Positions 20,545 to 30,378 of a DNA stretch of 64,000 bases are shown here, piece after piece. How positions within the stretch are numbered: the first letter of the stretch is position 1; each line of letters starts with the position of its first letter. Position numbers and translations under genes: made by a program. The stretch is taken from NCBI GenBank assembly GCA_963701295.1, contig OY969585.1, positions 608,001 through 672,000 of the forward strand, read 5' to 3'. The stretch is from Ignavibacteriota bacterium. GTDB taxonomy: Bacteria; Bacteroidota; Ignavibacteria; UBA10030. The notes below the pieces were generated by a model. The model ran no database searches and was not told where the DNA came from. It saw nothing but the letters and a program-made list of their open reading frames with translations.

Positions 20545-20661
20545 GAGAACTTGTCCATCAGTGTCCTTCGTATGAGGGACACCACCGATTCGGGCTTACA
20601 ACGTATGTTAACGTATATCGGTCAATTCCTTCCCGATACTCATCCTGTCAGTTGGCGCTGG
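20545..20661 (-). ncRNA. Candidate structured RNA (pseudoknot plus hairpin) at the 3' end of the polysaccharide operon; possible relative of the Bacteroides-1 RNA motif
   Basis: Minus-strand order TCGGG(A)...ACCGAT(B)...CCCGA(A')ATCGGT(B'), then a GTGTCC-N10-GGACAC hairpin. It starts right after the stop codon and ends before the terminator. The family link is from recollection only. Confidence 0.55.
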
Positions 20662-22662
20662 TTATGCAGCCACCTCGGCCGAATTGCGAATTCTTTCCCG
20701 AGCCTTGAGATCCTCAAGGTTCACGCGAAAGGATTCAGTCTCACGGTACTGAGGAACGATTTTATTCAGATACTGGTGAACAAGATCGGTCTTGCCAGCT
20801 CGGGCTACATTAACCAGCAAGTTAATATCGCGAATGAGCAACGACGATTCTTCACTGATAGTATTTCTGGAGTTTCTATAATCTTGAGCTTCCGTTGGGA
20901 GACTGTCGTCATTGCTGCAGACAAATATCTTTTCATGACTCGACCGCGTATGATTCTCCGTTGCATAGAACAGTTCTTCGTGCATCTTCTCGCCTTTCTG
21001 TAGACCGGTGAAGACGATGTCGACATCAGTTCCTTCACGTAACCCGCTGAGCCGAATAAGATCACGCGCAAGATCAACAATTTTTATTGGCTGTCCCATG
21101 TCAAGGACAAACGTCTCCCCACACTTTCCTAATGCTCCTGCTTGCAGCACAAGCTGCACAGCTTCAGGAATCGTCATAAAGAACCTTGTCACATCTGGAT
21201 GTGTTATTGTCACCGGCCCACCAGCGCGAATCTGCTTCTCTAAGATAGGCACAATACTCCCTCTGCTCCCAAGGACATTGCCAAACCGTACCACAACAAA
21301 TGCCTTGCGATGGTTTACCGCAGCATTATGGACAACCAACTCGGCAATACGCTTCGTTACTCCCATGACGCTTGTCGGATTGACTGCCTTGTCCGATGAA
21401 ATCATGACAAACTTTTCTACTCCATAGCGAGTTGCGAGTTCAACAAGGGTCTGCGTGCCTAAAACGTTATTGGTCACAGCATCGAGACAATTCTTTTCCA
21501 TCAACCCTACATGTTTATGGGCAGCTGCGTGAAAAATGATTTGCGGCTGAGATTCCTCCATGACATGAGCCATTCGATCACGATCTCTGATATCTGCAAT
21601 CACTGTTTTAAATGAAATCGTCTGACCAACCACACCATGTTTGGTCTTAATCTCATTCGCGATCTGGAAAATCGAATTCTCTCCGTGACCCAGCATAATG
21701 AGCTCTTTCGGATGGAAATTGATAATCTGACGGCAGAGTTCGCTTCCGATGGATCCACCAGCTCCCGTAACCATCACCCGCATCCCTTGGATGAGATTCC
21801 ATAAATTTATTTCGTTGATTTCGATGGTTCCACGCCGGAGCAGGTCATTGATTTGAACCTCGCGTAATTGTGCAACAGCGGATCCAGAAATAATTTCAAA
21901 AACACCAGGGATTGTTTTACTTGTCACCTTCAGCGTTTGGCACATCTGAACAACGCTATTGATCGTTTTTCCGGAAGCCGTCGGCATTGCAATAATGATT
22001 TCATCAATCCTATTTTCTTTCACAATGTCGGGAATATGTTCAAGCGTTCCCACCACTTGAACACCGTGTATGTTTACATTCTGTTTGACTGGATCATCAT
22101 CAACAAACGCGATAGGCTTCAAGCCTAGTTGCGGATTTGTCCTAAGTTCTTTGACGATCATCGATCCAGCAATACCGGCACCGACAATGAGAACATTTTT
22201 GTTTTTAAGTCCTGTGCCAATCCGTTCGTTGAAGACATAGACAAGTCTGAACATAACCCGTACGCCGCCAATCATCAGTATCGTCAGCAAACCATCGATA
22301 AAAGGTATCGACAGAGGAAAACCCGGCGCAAGGAAACCGAATGGTTTTAAGATTCCAAAGAATACGATAATGCACAAGAGCCATGATGCCATGGTTGCAA
22401 TAAACAATATAGCGACTTCATCCACACTGGCATACACCCAGTAACGGTTATAAAATTTGCAAAGTTGAAACACGCTTAACTTGAGAACGAGCGATACCAG
22501 TGTGTAGATGATCAATGACTTGCCAACAAATACCACAGCATGGACCGTCTCGTATCTCAAAATTAAAGACAGCATAGGGATGATGGAAAGAATGATAATA
22601 TCGAGCACAAAAAGATGCCGATTCTGTGCCTTTAGGATGATAGTAAAGAAACGCTTACTCAT
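20662..22662 (-). CDS. pglF: CapD/PglF-type membrane UDP-GlcNAc 4,6-dehydratase
   Basis: Four N-terminal TMs, a CoA-binding-like domain, and motifs VTGAGGSIGSELCRQ, HAAAHKHV, ISSDKAVNPTSVMG and VRFGNVLGSRGS. Confidence 0.9.
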   Translation of the reverse strand: MSKRFFTIILKAQNRHLFVLDIIILSIIPMLSLILRYETVHAVVFVGKSLIIYTLVSLVLKLSVFQLCKFYNRYWVYASVDEVAILFIATMASWLLCIIVFFGILKPFGFLAPGFPLSIPFIDGLLTILMIGGVRVMFRLVYVFNERIGTGLKNKNVLIVGAGIAGSMIVKELRTNPQLGLKPIAFVDDDPVKQNVNIHGVQVVGTLEHIPDIVKENRIDEIIIAMPTASGKTINSVVQMCQTLKVTSKTIPGVFEIISGSAVAQLREVQINDLLRRGTIEINEINLWNLIQGMRVMVTGAGGSIGSELCRQIINFHPKELIMLGHGENSIFQIANEIKTKHGVVGQTISFKTVIADIRDRDRMAHVMEESQPQIIFHAAAHKHVGLMEKNCLDAVTNNVLGTQTLVELATRYGVEKFVMISSDKAVNPTSVMGVTKRIAELVVHNAAVNHRKAFVVVRFGNVLGSRGSIVPILEKQIRAGGPVTITHPDVTRFFMTIPEAVQLVLQAGALGKCGETFVLDMGQPIKIVDLARDLIRLSGLREGTDVDIVFTGLQKGEKMHEELFYATENHTRSSHEKIFVCSNDDSLPTEAQDYRNSRNTISEESSLLIRDINLLVNVARAGKTDLVHQYLNKIVPQYRETESFRVNLEDLKARERIRNSAEVAA

Positions 22663-23376
22663 TGGATTTAGAATCCCCTCTTGTACATATAGAAAGTTGT
22701 AAGTTTCTTCAGCATAGTTTCTTGTAACGCAACTAATTAGTGGTCAGATTACCTTTTTTGCCTTGAATAAGTATATTAAGTTTCGAAGAAGGTTGCTAAT
22801 TAGAATTCTCTAATGCTTATTAGAACTCATTAATAAAAAAACTATAAAAACCTGTAACTACTCACCATGCTTTTCATGGATATGATGGTAAACAATGAGT
22901 TCAGTCATTCCCAGTCCGTCCGCCATGCCGCTGTACAACATGCCGGAAAATAGCAGGAACGCACATGGGAACAACAGAGAGAAATAAATACAGATTCTTA
23001 AAATTATTTCTGATTACCATTGGCTTGAAAAAACAATAATGTATTCAATGGACGCAGAACAGTGCTGTTACAAACTGTCCTCATCGTCTTTTTTTTATTT
23101 GCACAACTTTAGAAGGTAACTCTTTATTCGATACTTGGTAAAATGGTATTAAATAAAAATTTAAAAAAATGTGACCTATATCATACCGTAGAAATGCCAA
23201 TAAATATGTTATCAATAGAACAATTGACCGAATTGTTGATACAAAGAATAAGTTTGCATGATATAGTGTTCTATTCATGAATCATACCATTCTTTAACAG
23301 AACACCGGTTCTCAAATCATGGTTCCAGGATTCTGACTCAATATAAGACCGATGAAAAATATCAACAGGGAATGTT

Positions 23377-24519
23377 CTATACTCCGACACAGACTTTTCG
23401 AACAACATCAGCAACACGGTGCAGGTCGCTTGTTGTCATTGCTGATCCACTCGGGAGACAGAGCCCTTCTGCAAAGAGCTTTTCTGTAACAGCACCTCCT
23501 CGTATGCGGCAAGAATGAAATACAGGCTGAAGGTGCATCGGCTTCCAGAGCGGGCGCGATTCAATATTTTCTTTTTCGAGTGCAAGCCGGATATCCTCTC
23601 TTGAAGCTCTTGAGTGTGAAGGATCGACAGTGATGCATGTAAGCCAATAATTAGGCTCACCATACGATGCAATAGGCATGAATTTCATTCCAGCAACATC
23701 CGCGAAGGCTTCTCGGTAGAAACGATTAATTTCTTTCCGGCGGGCAATTTTCTTATCAAGGTTTTCCAATTGGCCTCGGCCAATTGCAGCAAGAATATTG
23801 CTCAGACGATAATTATAACCAATAGAAGAGTGTTGGTAATGCGGGGCCGGATCACGCGCTTGTGTCGCTAAAAACCGCGCATGGTCCACATATACTTTGT
23901 TGGCAGACACGAGCATTCCACCGCCGCTTGTCGTAATGATTTTATTCCCGTTAAATGAGAAAACACCCATGACGCCAAATGAACCGGCAGATTTTCCCTT
24001 GTATGTTGTACCAAGCGCTTCCGCCGCATCCTCAATGATTGGCACTCCATACTCTGCACAAATCTTGAGAATAGGGTCATAATCCGCCGACTGGCCGTAG
24101 AGGTCGACAACGATTAACGCGCGTGGAAGTTTTCCTTTTTTGCTGCATACGCGGAGTTCTTCTTCGAGTAAAAGTGGATCCAGGTTCCATGTGGTTGTAT
24201 TGCTGTCGATGAATACCGGAGAGGCGCCACAGTAGGCTATAGGATTTGCCGACGCGGAAAATGTAAACGTCGAGCAGAGCACTTCGTCACCTTGTTGGAC
24301 ACCAAGATTGATAAGTGCCAAGTGAAGAGCCGATGTTCCGCTTGCTAAAGCGGCAGCATGAGGAACACCAACCCGTGCACAAATATCGTGCTCAAATGCA
24401 TCCACTTGCGGTCCGAGTGTCGTTATCCAGTTCGATTCAAATGCTTGGAGGAGAAGCTCACGTTCCCTTCCATCGAGGTGAGGCGGAGAAAGATAAATAC
24501 GGTTCGTTTTCAAATCCAT
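23377..24519 (-). CDS. pglE: DegT-family aminotransferase, PglE/EpsN-like (bacillosamine pathway)
   Basis: Motifs IYLSPPH, SGTSALHLAL, EDAAEALG, SFNGNKIITTSGGG and GYNYRLSN. Confidence 0.85.
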   Translation of the reverse strand: MDLKTNRIYLSPPHLDGRERELLLQAFESNWITTLGPQVDAFEHDICARVGVPHAAALASGTSALHLALINLGVQQGDEVLCSTFTFSASANPIAYCGASPVFIDSNTTTWNLDPLLLEEELRVCSKKGKLPRALIVVDLYGQSADYDPILKICAEYGVPIIEDAAEALGTTYKGKSAGSFGVMGVFSFNGNKIITTSGGGMLVSANKVYVDHARFLATQARDPAPHYQHSSIGYNYRLSNILAAIGRGQLENLDKKIARRKEINRFYREAFADVAGMKFMPIASYGEPNYWLTCITVDPSHSRASREDIRLALEKENIESRPLWKPMHLQPVFHSCRIRGGAVTEKLFAEGLCLPSGSAMTTSDLHRVADVVRKVCVGV

Positions 24520-24750
24520 GATTCCTTCAATGATGATATACAGTGTTTATAAATCGTCCTCTTGATAATCCAGAATTTACGCTGGACGTTCAGCGTTCAC
24601 GACTATTGACGCGCCCCAATTCCCTTAATATTCTTGCATTAGGAAGTTGATATGCGGAATATAATTTATGAAGACGAACCAATTCCTTCGCATCGGGAAT
24701 CCTTGTTAGTCTCAGATTTATATTTGCATCTGATTGCTCTGGGCCGCATC

Positions 24751-25638
24751 CTAAGTAGTATGAATCCCAGTTATGCCCGTGGTTTGGTTCTTTGTAAGTC
24801 CAGCCAGCATTTCGCTCAACAGCCATAACTTCTCGGCGATCGCTACATCGTACGACTCGCTGGAAGAGCGAATTGCTTTGCAATCGTAAAAATATTTGCC
24901 TATCATACCTTCCACATCCGGAGATGCGGCAAGATAAACGATTGTTTTCGCACCATCTTCTGGACTGATCAACTCCCGTTTCACTAGATTACGTAATTTT
25001 GTTTTCAGCCAACTATTGTTGCTGCCAAAGTTTGTTGCGACGATTCCCGGGTGAAGCGCATTGGCAGTGACATGTGTGCCTTCCAAACGCCGGGCAAGAG
25101 CATAGGTAAAAAGAAGATTCGCAAGTTTCGATTGCGCGTACGCCTGAATGCGGTTATAGCTCCGCTCCGACTGCAGGTCTTCGAAGTTGATACTCCCTTG
25201 CTCATGCGCGGCAGAAGAAACCATTACAATTCTTGCTGAGGTGCTCGCCTTCAACTTATCGAGAAGCAGGTGGGTAAGCAAAAAGCAGCTCATATGATTG
25301 AGGGCAAACGTCATTTCGAGGCTGTCCACACTGACAGTTCGCTTCGCAAAAATAGCGCCTGCATTGTTGATGAGTACATCAAGGTGGGAATAGCGGTTCA
25401 CAAACTCCCCGGCAAGCTGTCGAACCTGCTTTTGAGACGAAAGATCTGCTTGGAGAAAGTCTACTCGCGCATCTGGAACAGAGCGCCGGATCTTTTCAAC
25501 CTGACGCACACATTTTCCGGCGTTGCGTCCCACAATAATTACGGCAGCTCCGAGGTGTGACAACTGCCGTGCAGCCGCCGCACCTATGCCTGAGGTACCA
25601 CCGGTAATCAAGCAAATCTTATCGGTTGTATTTTTCAT
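24751..25638 (-). CDS. SDR oxidoreductase (retinol-dehydrogenase-like)
   Basis: Motifs TGGTSGIG, LINNAG, YAQSK and LHPG. Confidence 0.88.
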   Translation of the reverse strand: MKNTTDKICLITGGTSGIGAAAARQLSHLGAAVIIVGRNAGKCVRQVEKIRRSVPDARVDFLQADLSSQKQVRQLAGEFVNRYSHLDVLINNAGAIFAKRTVSVDSLEMTFALNHMSCFLLTHLLLDKLKASTSARIVMVSSAAHEQGSINFEDLQSERSYNRIQAYAQSKLANLLFTYALARRLEGTHVTANALHPGIVATNFGSNNSWLKTKLRNLVKRELISPEDGAKTIVYLAASPDVEGMIGKYFYDCKAIRSSSESYDVAIAEKLWLLSEMLAGLTKNQTTGITGIHTT

Positions 25639-25720
25639 CTATCCTTAATACGATACCGATATTGCCATGCCGGAAGAGTTCTTTTTCCCGGTTACGCGTT
25701 ATTCGATAAGAGAGATCGTA

Positions 25721-27193
25721 TCACTTCATCAATTGCATTCTCTTGATATCGGTTTGCGTGGGTGTCGTCAACTTATAGAAATATATTCCGCTTGCACATC
25801 CCGATGCATCAAAGTTCATTTCGTAATTCTTCTGGGCTTCAGCAACTCCATCGAATAATGTTTTCACTTGCTGTCCTAACAAATTATAGACGACCAACTT
25901 TGCCTGTTCTGTCTTGGAGAGAGAAAACGAAATTTTCGTGCTCGGATTAAATGGATTTGGAAAATTTTGAACGAGTCCAAGAGCCGCTGGTGCCGACTTC
26001 ACTTCCAATTCTACATTCGCTGAGTACTTATACGCACCATCGTTATCAATTTGTTTCAGGCGATATACATAACTGCCGGAACTCAGTTTCGAATCGATAA
26101 ACGAGTATGCTTTCGGCGCATTGCTTGTGCCTGAGCCCTTCACAAATCCAATTTTCACCCAACTGTTCACCGCCATTCTCTCCACTTCAAACCCATAGTT
26201 ATTCACTTCCGTTGCCGTTTGCCAGTTAAGCGTAATATTATTTCCAATTGCTTGTGCTGTAAAAGATGTTAATTCTACCGGAAGCGGTGTACCGCTTGGA
26301 TTTTGCCATGCTAAATAAGGATATCCGTCATTAAATCCTGCATCCATATACCAAGTACTTGGAGACCATCCTGCACCAAGGAAAATGGAATTGGTTTTCA
26401 TATCAGCCGTCAATTCGCCCGTACCACCATGAGTGTCTGACCGCCCTGAAGTCGTTTCATCATAGAAACAATTAGTAATGAAAACGGCATTACCTGCATT
26501 TCCCGAAAAACCGCCAACGGAGGCATCAACTAATACAACAACAGCCCCCGTGCTGTAGCAATTTGAAATAACAGGAGCACTATAAGTTCCATCGATATAT
26601 CCCACAAAGCCGCCAACATTCCCATTACCAGTAACAGCGGCCCTACTATAGCAATTTGAAATGATGTCGGTAGACGTATAACTTCCTATAACGCCTCCGA
26701 CATGACTTCCGCCTGTAACACTGCCTGTGGTGTAGCAGTTAGAAATGGTACAACCACCTAATGCTGAATATCCTACCAAACCACCAACATCATAACTACC
26801 TGCAATATTGACTCCTTCCACACCAAGATTTTTGATTTCAGCTCCGATAATACTGCCGAATAATCCTTGATAGTCTGCAGTGTTGTTAATCATTAAATTT
26901 ATAATTTTCTTGCCGTTACCGTTAAATTTTCCAGTGAAACTGTAGCTGCTGGAGCCATCACCAGAAATCGCCGGCCAGCCAGTACCAGAATTATACGGGG
27001 ATACATTCAAATCAATGTCATTGTTAAGGATAAAATAAGAGGAATAATAATTATGCACTTGAGCTAATTGTGCGGCAGTCGCGATTTGATATGGGGTGCT
27101 TGATGTTCCATCTCCTCCGGCAAATTGCGCTACGAGATTTTGCGTAGACAATAAAAACATCATAACAATGAGTGGTTTTAAAATATTTTTCAT
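25721..27193 (-). CDS. Secreted GLUG-repeat protein with T9SS-type C-terminal sorting domain
   Basis: Signal peptide, FAGGDGT..PYQI, repeated VGGLVG/VGGVIG/VGGFVG..ISNCYS units, PLPVELTSF, and QNFPNPFNPST...SGIYFYKL. Confidence 0.85.
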   Translation of the reverse strand: MKNILKPLIVMMFLLSTQNLVAQFAGGDGTSSTPYQIATAAQLAQVHNYYSSYFILNNDIDLNVSPYNSGTGWPAISGDGSSSYSFTGKFNGNGKKIINLMINNTADYQGLFGSIIGAEIKNLGVEGVNIAGSYDVGGLVGYSALGGCTISNCYTTGSVTGGSHVGGVIGSYTSTDIISNCYSRAAVTGNGNVGGFVGYIDGTYSAPVISNCYSTGAVVVLVDASVGGFSGNAGNAVFITNCFYDETTSGRSDTHGGTGELTADMKTNSIFLGAGWSPSTWYMDAGFNDGYPYLAWQNPSGTPLPVELTSFTAQAIGNNITLNWQTATEVNNYGFEVERMAVNSWVKIGFVKGSGTSNAPKAYSFIDSKLSSGSYVYRLKQIDNDGAYKYSANVELEVKSAPAALGLVQNFPNPFNPSTKISFSLSKTEQAKLVVYNLLGQQVKTLFDGVAEAQKNYEMNFDASGCASGIYFYKLTTPTQTDIKRMQLMK

Positions 27194-27401
27194 GATGATA
27201 CCTCCATTGAATATTTTTTATTTCCACAAACAGTGGTTTAGTTATTTTCTTTTATTTGTCTTGAGCAAGATAATACATAGTTCAAATTCATTCTTCAACA
27301 CAGCAAAAAGAGCGCTGCTGAGAGAGAGTAACCCTTTGTTGTTTCCTGAAGGATATGCATCCCCACGGCGTTATTTTAATATAAGCATAAATACACACAT
27401 G

Positions 27402-28070
27402 TTACATGTCTCGAGTATCCGGGCTGCGCCGAGTAGTTTGTTCGGGCACAGGAATTGCAGGAACACCCACAACCGTCTTAAACGGAAGGACATCACGAAT
27501 GACCGCTGCCCCGGCACCGATAATAGCCCAATTGCCTATCATTCTATTGTGAATAACGGCACTCCCAATTCCAACGAACGCTCCTTTTCCCACTTTCACT
27601 CCTCCTCCGAGATGCACTCCGGGACAGATGTGAGCATGGGATTCGATCACAGAGTCATGATCGACCGTCGCACCTGTGTTTATAATGACATTGGAACCGA
27701 TTTGCGCGCCGCTGTTCACGACCACACCGGCGAACAAGACACTCCCATCTCCGACCACAACACTTGCTGCAACAGTAGCGCGGGGGTGGATCACGGATAT
27801 CACATTTTCGCCTTGTTTCTTCAAATCCATGTAGATATTCTGTCTGGTTAAATTATCTCCTATCCCTACGACCACTCCGTCATGCTCAAACTTCTCTATA
27901 TCGGAAATTCTTCCCAGGATTCGTATGCCGAGCTGTTTCTGATCCAGAAGTTTTCTATCATCGTCAAGAAACCCGACGACTTCATTCTTTTCGCCAAGCT
28001 GGTTACGGCTAATGAATGCATCAGCCACAACTCTCGCATGGCCTCCTGCACCTATGATCAGCACTTTCAT
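27402..28070 (-). CDS. PglD/NeuD-family sugar N/O-acetyltransferase
   Basis: Motifs IIGAGGHA, GFLDD, hexapeptide repeats, VDHD and VVGVPA. Confidence 0.88.
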   Translation of the reverse strand: MKVLIIGAGGHARVVADAFISRNQLGEKNEVVGFLDDDRKLLDQKQLGIRILGRISDIEKFEHDGVVVGIGDNLTRQNIYMDLKKQGENVISVIHPRATVAASVVVGDGSVLFAGVVVNSGAQIGSNVIINTGATVDHDSVIESHAHICPGVHLGGGVKVGKGAFVGIGSAVIHNRMIGNWAIIGAGAAVIRDVLPFKTVVGVPAIPVPEQTTRRSPDTRDM

Positions 28071-28094
28071 CGTTTCATCCTTTCTTCTTCGCTG

Positions 28095-29225
28095 TTATGA
28101 CAACGAATTATGTTTTTCTTTTGATTCTCCGTGTTGAATTAAGATACCGGCAACTTGCCTCATGTCATTGCCATCATATCTTGCATCGCAGGCAATCGAA
28201 AGCATTCTTTTGCTCAACGAAATATCTTCGGCAGGTACTCCCTGAATTCTGGGAGAATCCAAGGGCCAGAGGACAGCAGGATAAATCCTCGACTGTATAA
28301 GCTTATGTCTCATGTACCGAGTTATTTCTTGAGAATGAAATATCAAAATCACAGAGTATGGAGAAACGCCGTTTTGAAATTTATGCTGAATGAATTTGAT
28401 CCAAGGAATCCCAGCTACAGATTCAGCCAGAATCTTGTAATTCTTGCTTCTGATGCTACGCCATCTATCAACCGGCGCTATTTTCAGAAAGCTTTCCACC
28501 CAAGGTGAGGCACCGGAAACTTGGCCCAAGGAAATATTCTGCTCTGCATGCATAGATAACTTTCGAAAAAGCATTTTACTATCAAAACCGCCTTCAAGGA
28601 AGCAGCTCTTCATGGCTAAAGCCGTGTGCTTTTGTATCGCAGCAAGATAATGTTCGTCAGTCAGCGGAGGAGACTTTGGAAGTCTTTTTCTGCGCGGCGA
28701 CCAGAGCACACCGCCATCCGGTACCGGAATCGTTTTACGCAATGACGCTACACACCAATCCGCCCGGCTGTGAAGAGCCCAATCAGAAAGCACATCATGC
28801 GAATGGTCTTCTATCACTTCCACAGTACCTGCAGCTTCGACATGATTTTGAGCACTTGGTTTAAACCCAAAAAAGTTGACAATAAAAGCAACGTCCCCCT
28901 TTTTGAAACGATCAAGCGGCAGAATCCCGGCGTTCCAGGGGTTCGATTGATACGTCAACACTTGAATGCCTGTGGTTACAATACTCCCAACAACTTCCTG
29001 GCAAAAATAGCTTGGTATCCAGAGGCGTTTCCATCCTTTTGATTGCATGCCTTGGAAGAGAAGGCAACGAAGAGCATCCCTCCCTGACCCAAAATATTGT
29101 GCATTGCTCCCCCATGGGCTCTCGAACCCTATTCCCGGGACAAGTTTCTTGGTCCAGCATAAATCTGAACCGACTTCCCATCGGTCTCTTATGTTCTTCT
29201 CTATTCCTCGGATACGAATCCCCAT
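28095..29225 (-). CDS. Divergent DegT-like PLP-dependent protein
   Basis: Motifs SGRDAL, WIPSYFC, VNFFG, IEDHSH and SLRKTIPVPDGG (Lys at the PLP position). Confidence 0.6.
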   Translation of the reverse strand: MGIRIRGIEKNIRDRWEVGSDLCWTKKLVPGIGFESPWGSNAQYFGSGRDALRCLLFQGMQSKGWKRLWIPSYFCQEVVGSIVTTGIQVLTYQSNPWNAGILPLDRFKKGDVAFIVNFFGFKPSAQNHVEAAGTVEVIEDHSHDVLSDWALHSRADWCVASLRKTIPVPDGGVLWSPRRKRLPKSPPLTDEHYLAAIQKHTALAMKSCFLEGGFDSKMLFRKLSMHAEQNISLGQVSGASPWVESFLKIAPVDRWRSIRSKNYKILAESVAGIPWIKFIQHKFQNGVSPYSVILIFHSQEITRYMRHKLIQSRIYPAVLWPLDSPRIQGVPAEDISLSKRMLSIACDARYDGNDMRQVAGILIQHGESKEKHNSLS

Positions 29226-29249
29226 CGAATATTTATTCCAAATATGAAT

Positions 29250-30350
29250 TTAAGACTGAAGTGGCTTTTCAGAGTTATCTGTTACAGCTGACCTGTATAA
29301 TGGAAAATACATATGATTATCCTTACTCATTAGCGGCGCTGTTTCCCCAAATCTTTCACGAACGAGTGAGTCATACACAAGAGGCTGAACAATTAACTGC
29401 CATGTCATAAATTGATTGCGCGCTTTTGAAAAACCAGATTTGAAATGAAAGAGGGAATCCTGCGCACCTCCGACACCGCCCCCGAGGTGTAAAACTCGAG
29501 CACCCATAGAGACACCCCACTGACGAATCGAATTAAAAAGGAGCTTAACCGGAGCCATAGGAAGAAATTCATTGGGAGTTGCAGCGAGATGAATTTCAAT
29601 TATCCCGTTACATATCGTTATGAGTCCACCGGAGACCAATCTGCCTTGATACTCGCAGAAGCAAAGGAAAAGAAGATCGCCGAGTGAGCGTTTCAACCCA
29701 TGAAAATACGATTTGTCAAACTTGTAAAATGTATCAGCTCCAACACGCTGCATTGTTTCGAGGTACATATCGATGAACGCATCGTAGTGCTCCCACTGTG
29801 TATCCATGAAGGAGGTCATTCCTATCGCCTGTAGATGTTGAATATCCGATCTGTGATTCCTTCTGTAGGCAGACCATTGGTCCTTCTCGGGCAACGTAAG
29901 ATCGATTGAAACAGTCTCTCCTATTTGCCGACAGACGCCAAAATCCGATACCAATGACGCATTAGCAAGGAACGGATGAAGACGTGAAAAGACACTTACA
30001 AGACGTAAATTCATGAAAGCATCCATGAGTGTAGCATGAAAGTTCTTTAGTACTTCATCTGGTACCGGGAGACTTGAGCTCACCGGGCCGATATAACCAT
30101 AGGCAGATGTAGCATCAAACCAATCAAGTCCATCGTTATTCTCTTGGGATGATCGATTGATTTTCCGGATCAGCAATGGGAGGGCGATTGTATAGTCATC
30201 TTCAGAATAGACAAAGAGCATCGCTTTCCCTTCACATCTATCTTCAGCAAGCTTATGATATGAGTGAAGATGGAAAACGTCGAAGGCCTCTATAGATTCA
30301 AGAACCTGAAACCATTCTTTTTTATCGCTCGTTGTAAGGATGCGTAGCAT
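29250..30350 (-). CDS. FemAB/GNAT-fold acyl/aminoacyl transferase
   Basis: Motifs DATSAYGYIGP, FSRLHPF, IDLT...YRRNHR and LHLGGG...SLFHFKSGF. Confidence 0.75.
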   Translation of the reverse strand: MLRILTTSDKKEWFQVLESIEAFDVFHLHSYHKLAEDRCEGKAMLFVYSEDDYTIALPLLIRKINRSSQENNDGLDWFDATSAYGYIGPVSSSLPVPDEVLKNFHATLMDAFMNLRLVSVFSRLHPFLANASLVSDFGVCRQIGETVSIDLTLPEKDQWSAYRRNHRSDIQHLQAIGMTSFMDTQWEHYDAFIDMYLETMQRVGADTFYKFDKSYFHGLKRSLGDLLFLCFCEYQGRLVSGGLITICNGIIEIHLAATPNEFLPMAPVKLLFNSIRQWGVSMGARVLHLGGGVGGAQDSLFHFKSGFSKARNQFMTWQLIVQPLVYDSLVRERFGETAPLMSKDNHMYFPLYRSAVTDNSEKPLQS

Positions 30351-30378
30351 TGTGTCTCATCTTAGAAATAGTATTACG

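Noticed and set aside
20630-20661. Calling the 3' RNA element a canonical glmS ribozyme
   Set aside because: Only short motifs match. The P1 stem is absent and it is not upstream of glmS. Kept only as a speculative resemblance.
22901-23020. 39-codon minus-strand ORF (MVIRNNFKNL...GGRTGND) upstream of pglF as a leader peptide
   Set aside because: No clear RBS, attenuator structure or amino-acid enrichment.
24590-24883. 97-aa minus-strand ORF overlapping the SDR 3' end
   Set aside because: It overlaps the SDR out of frame by 133 bp and has no recognisable motif.
27096-27851. 251-aa plus-strand ORF, and similar long shadows such as 30350-30949, 10685-11185, 21008-21427 and 20551-21003
   Set aside because: They are antisense to well-supported genes or to the RNA candidate, carry no recognisable motifs and have no coding-like composition.
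29250-30350. FemAB-like protein as a peptidoglycan bridge enzyme
   Set aside because: The host is Gram-negative and the gene lies inside a polysaccharide operon, which favours glycan acylation.
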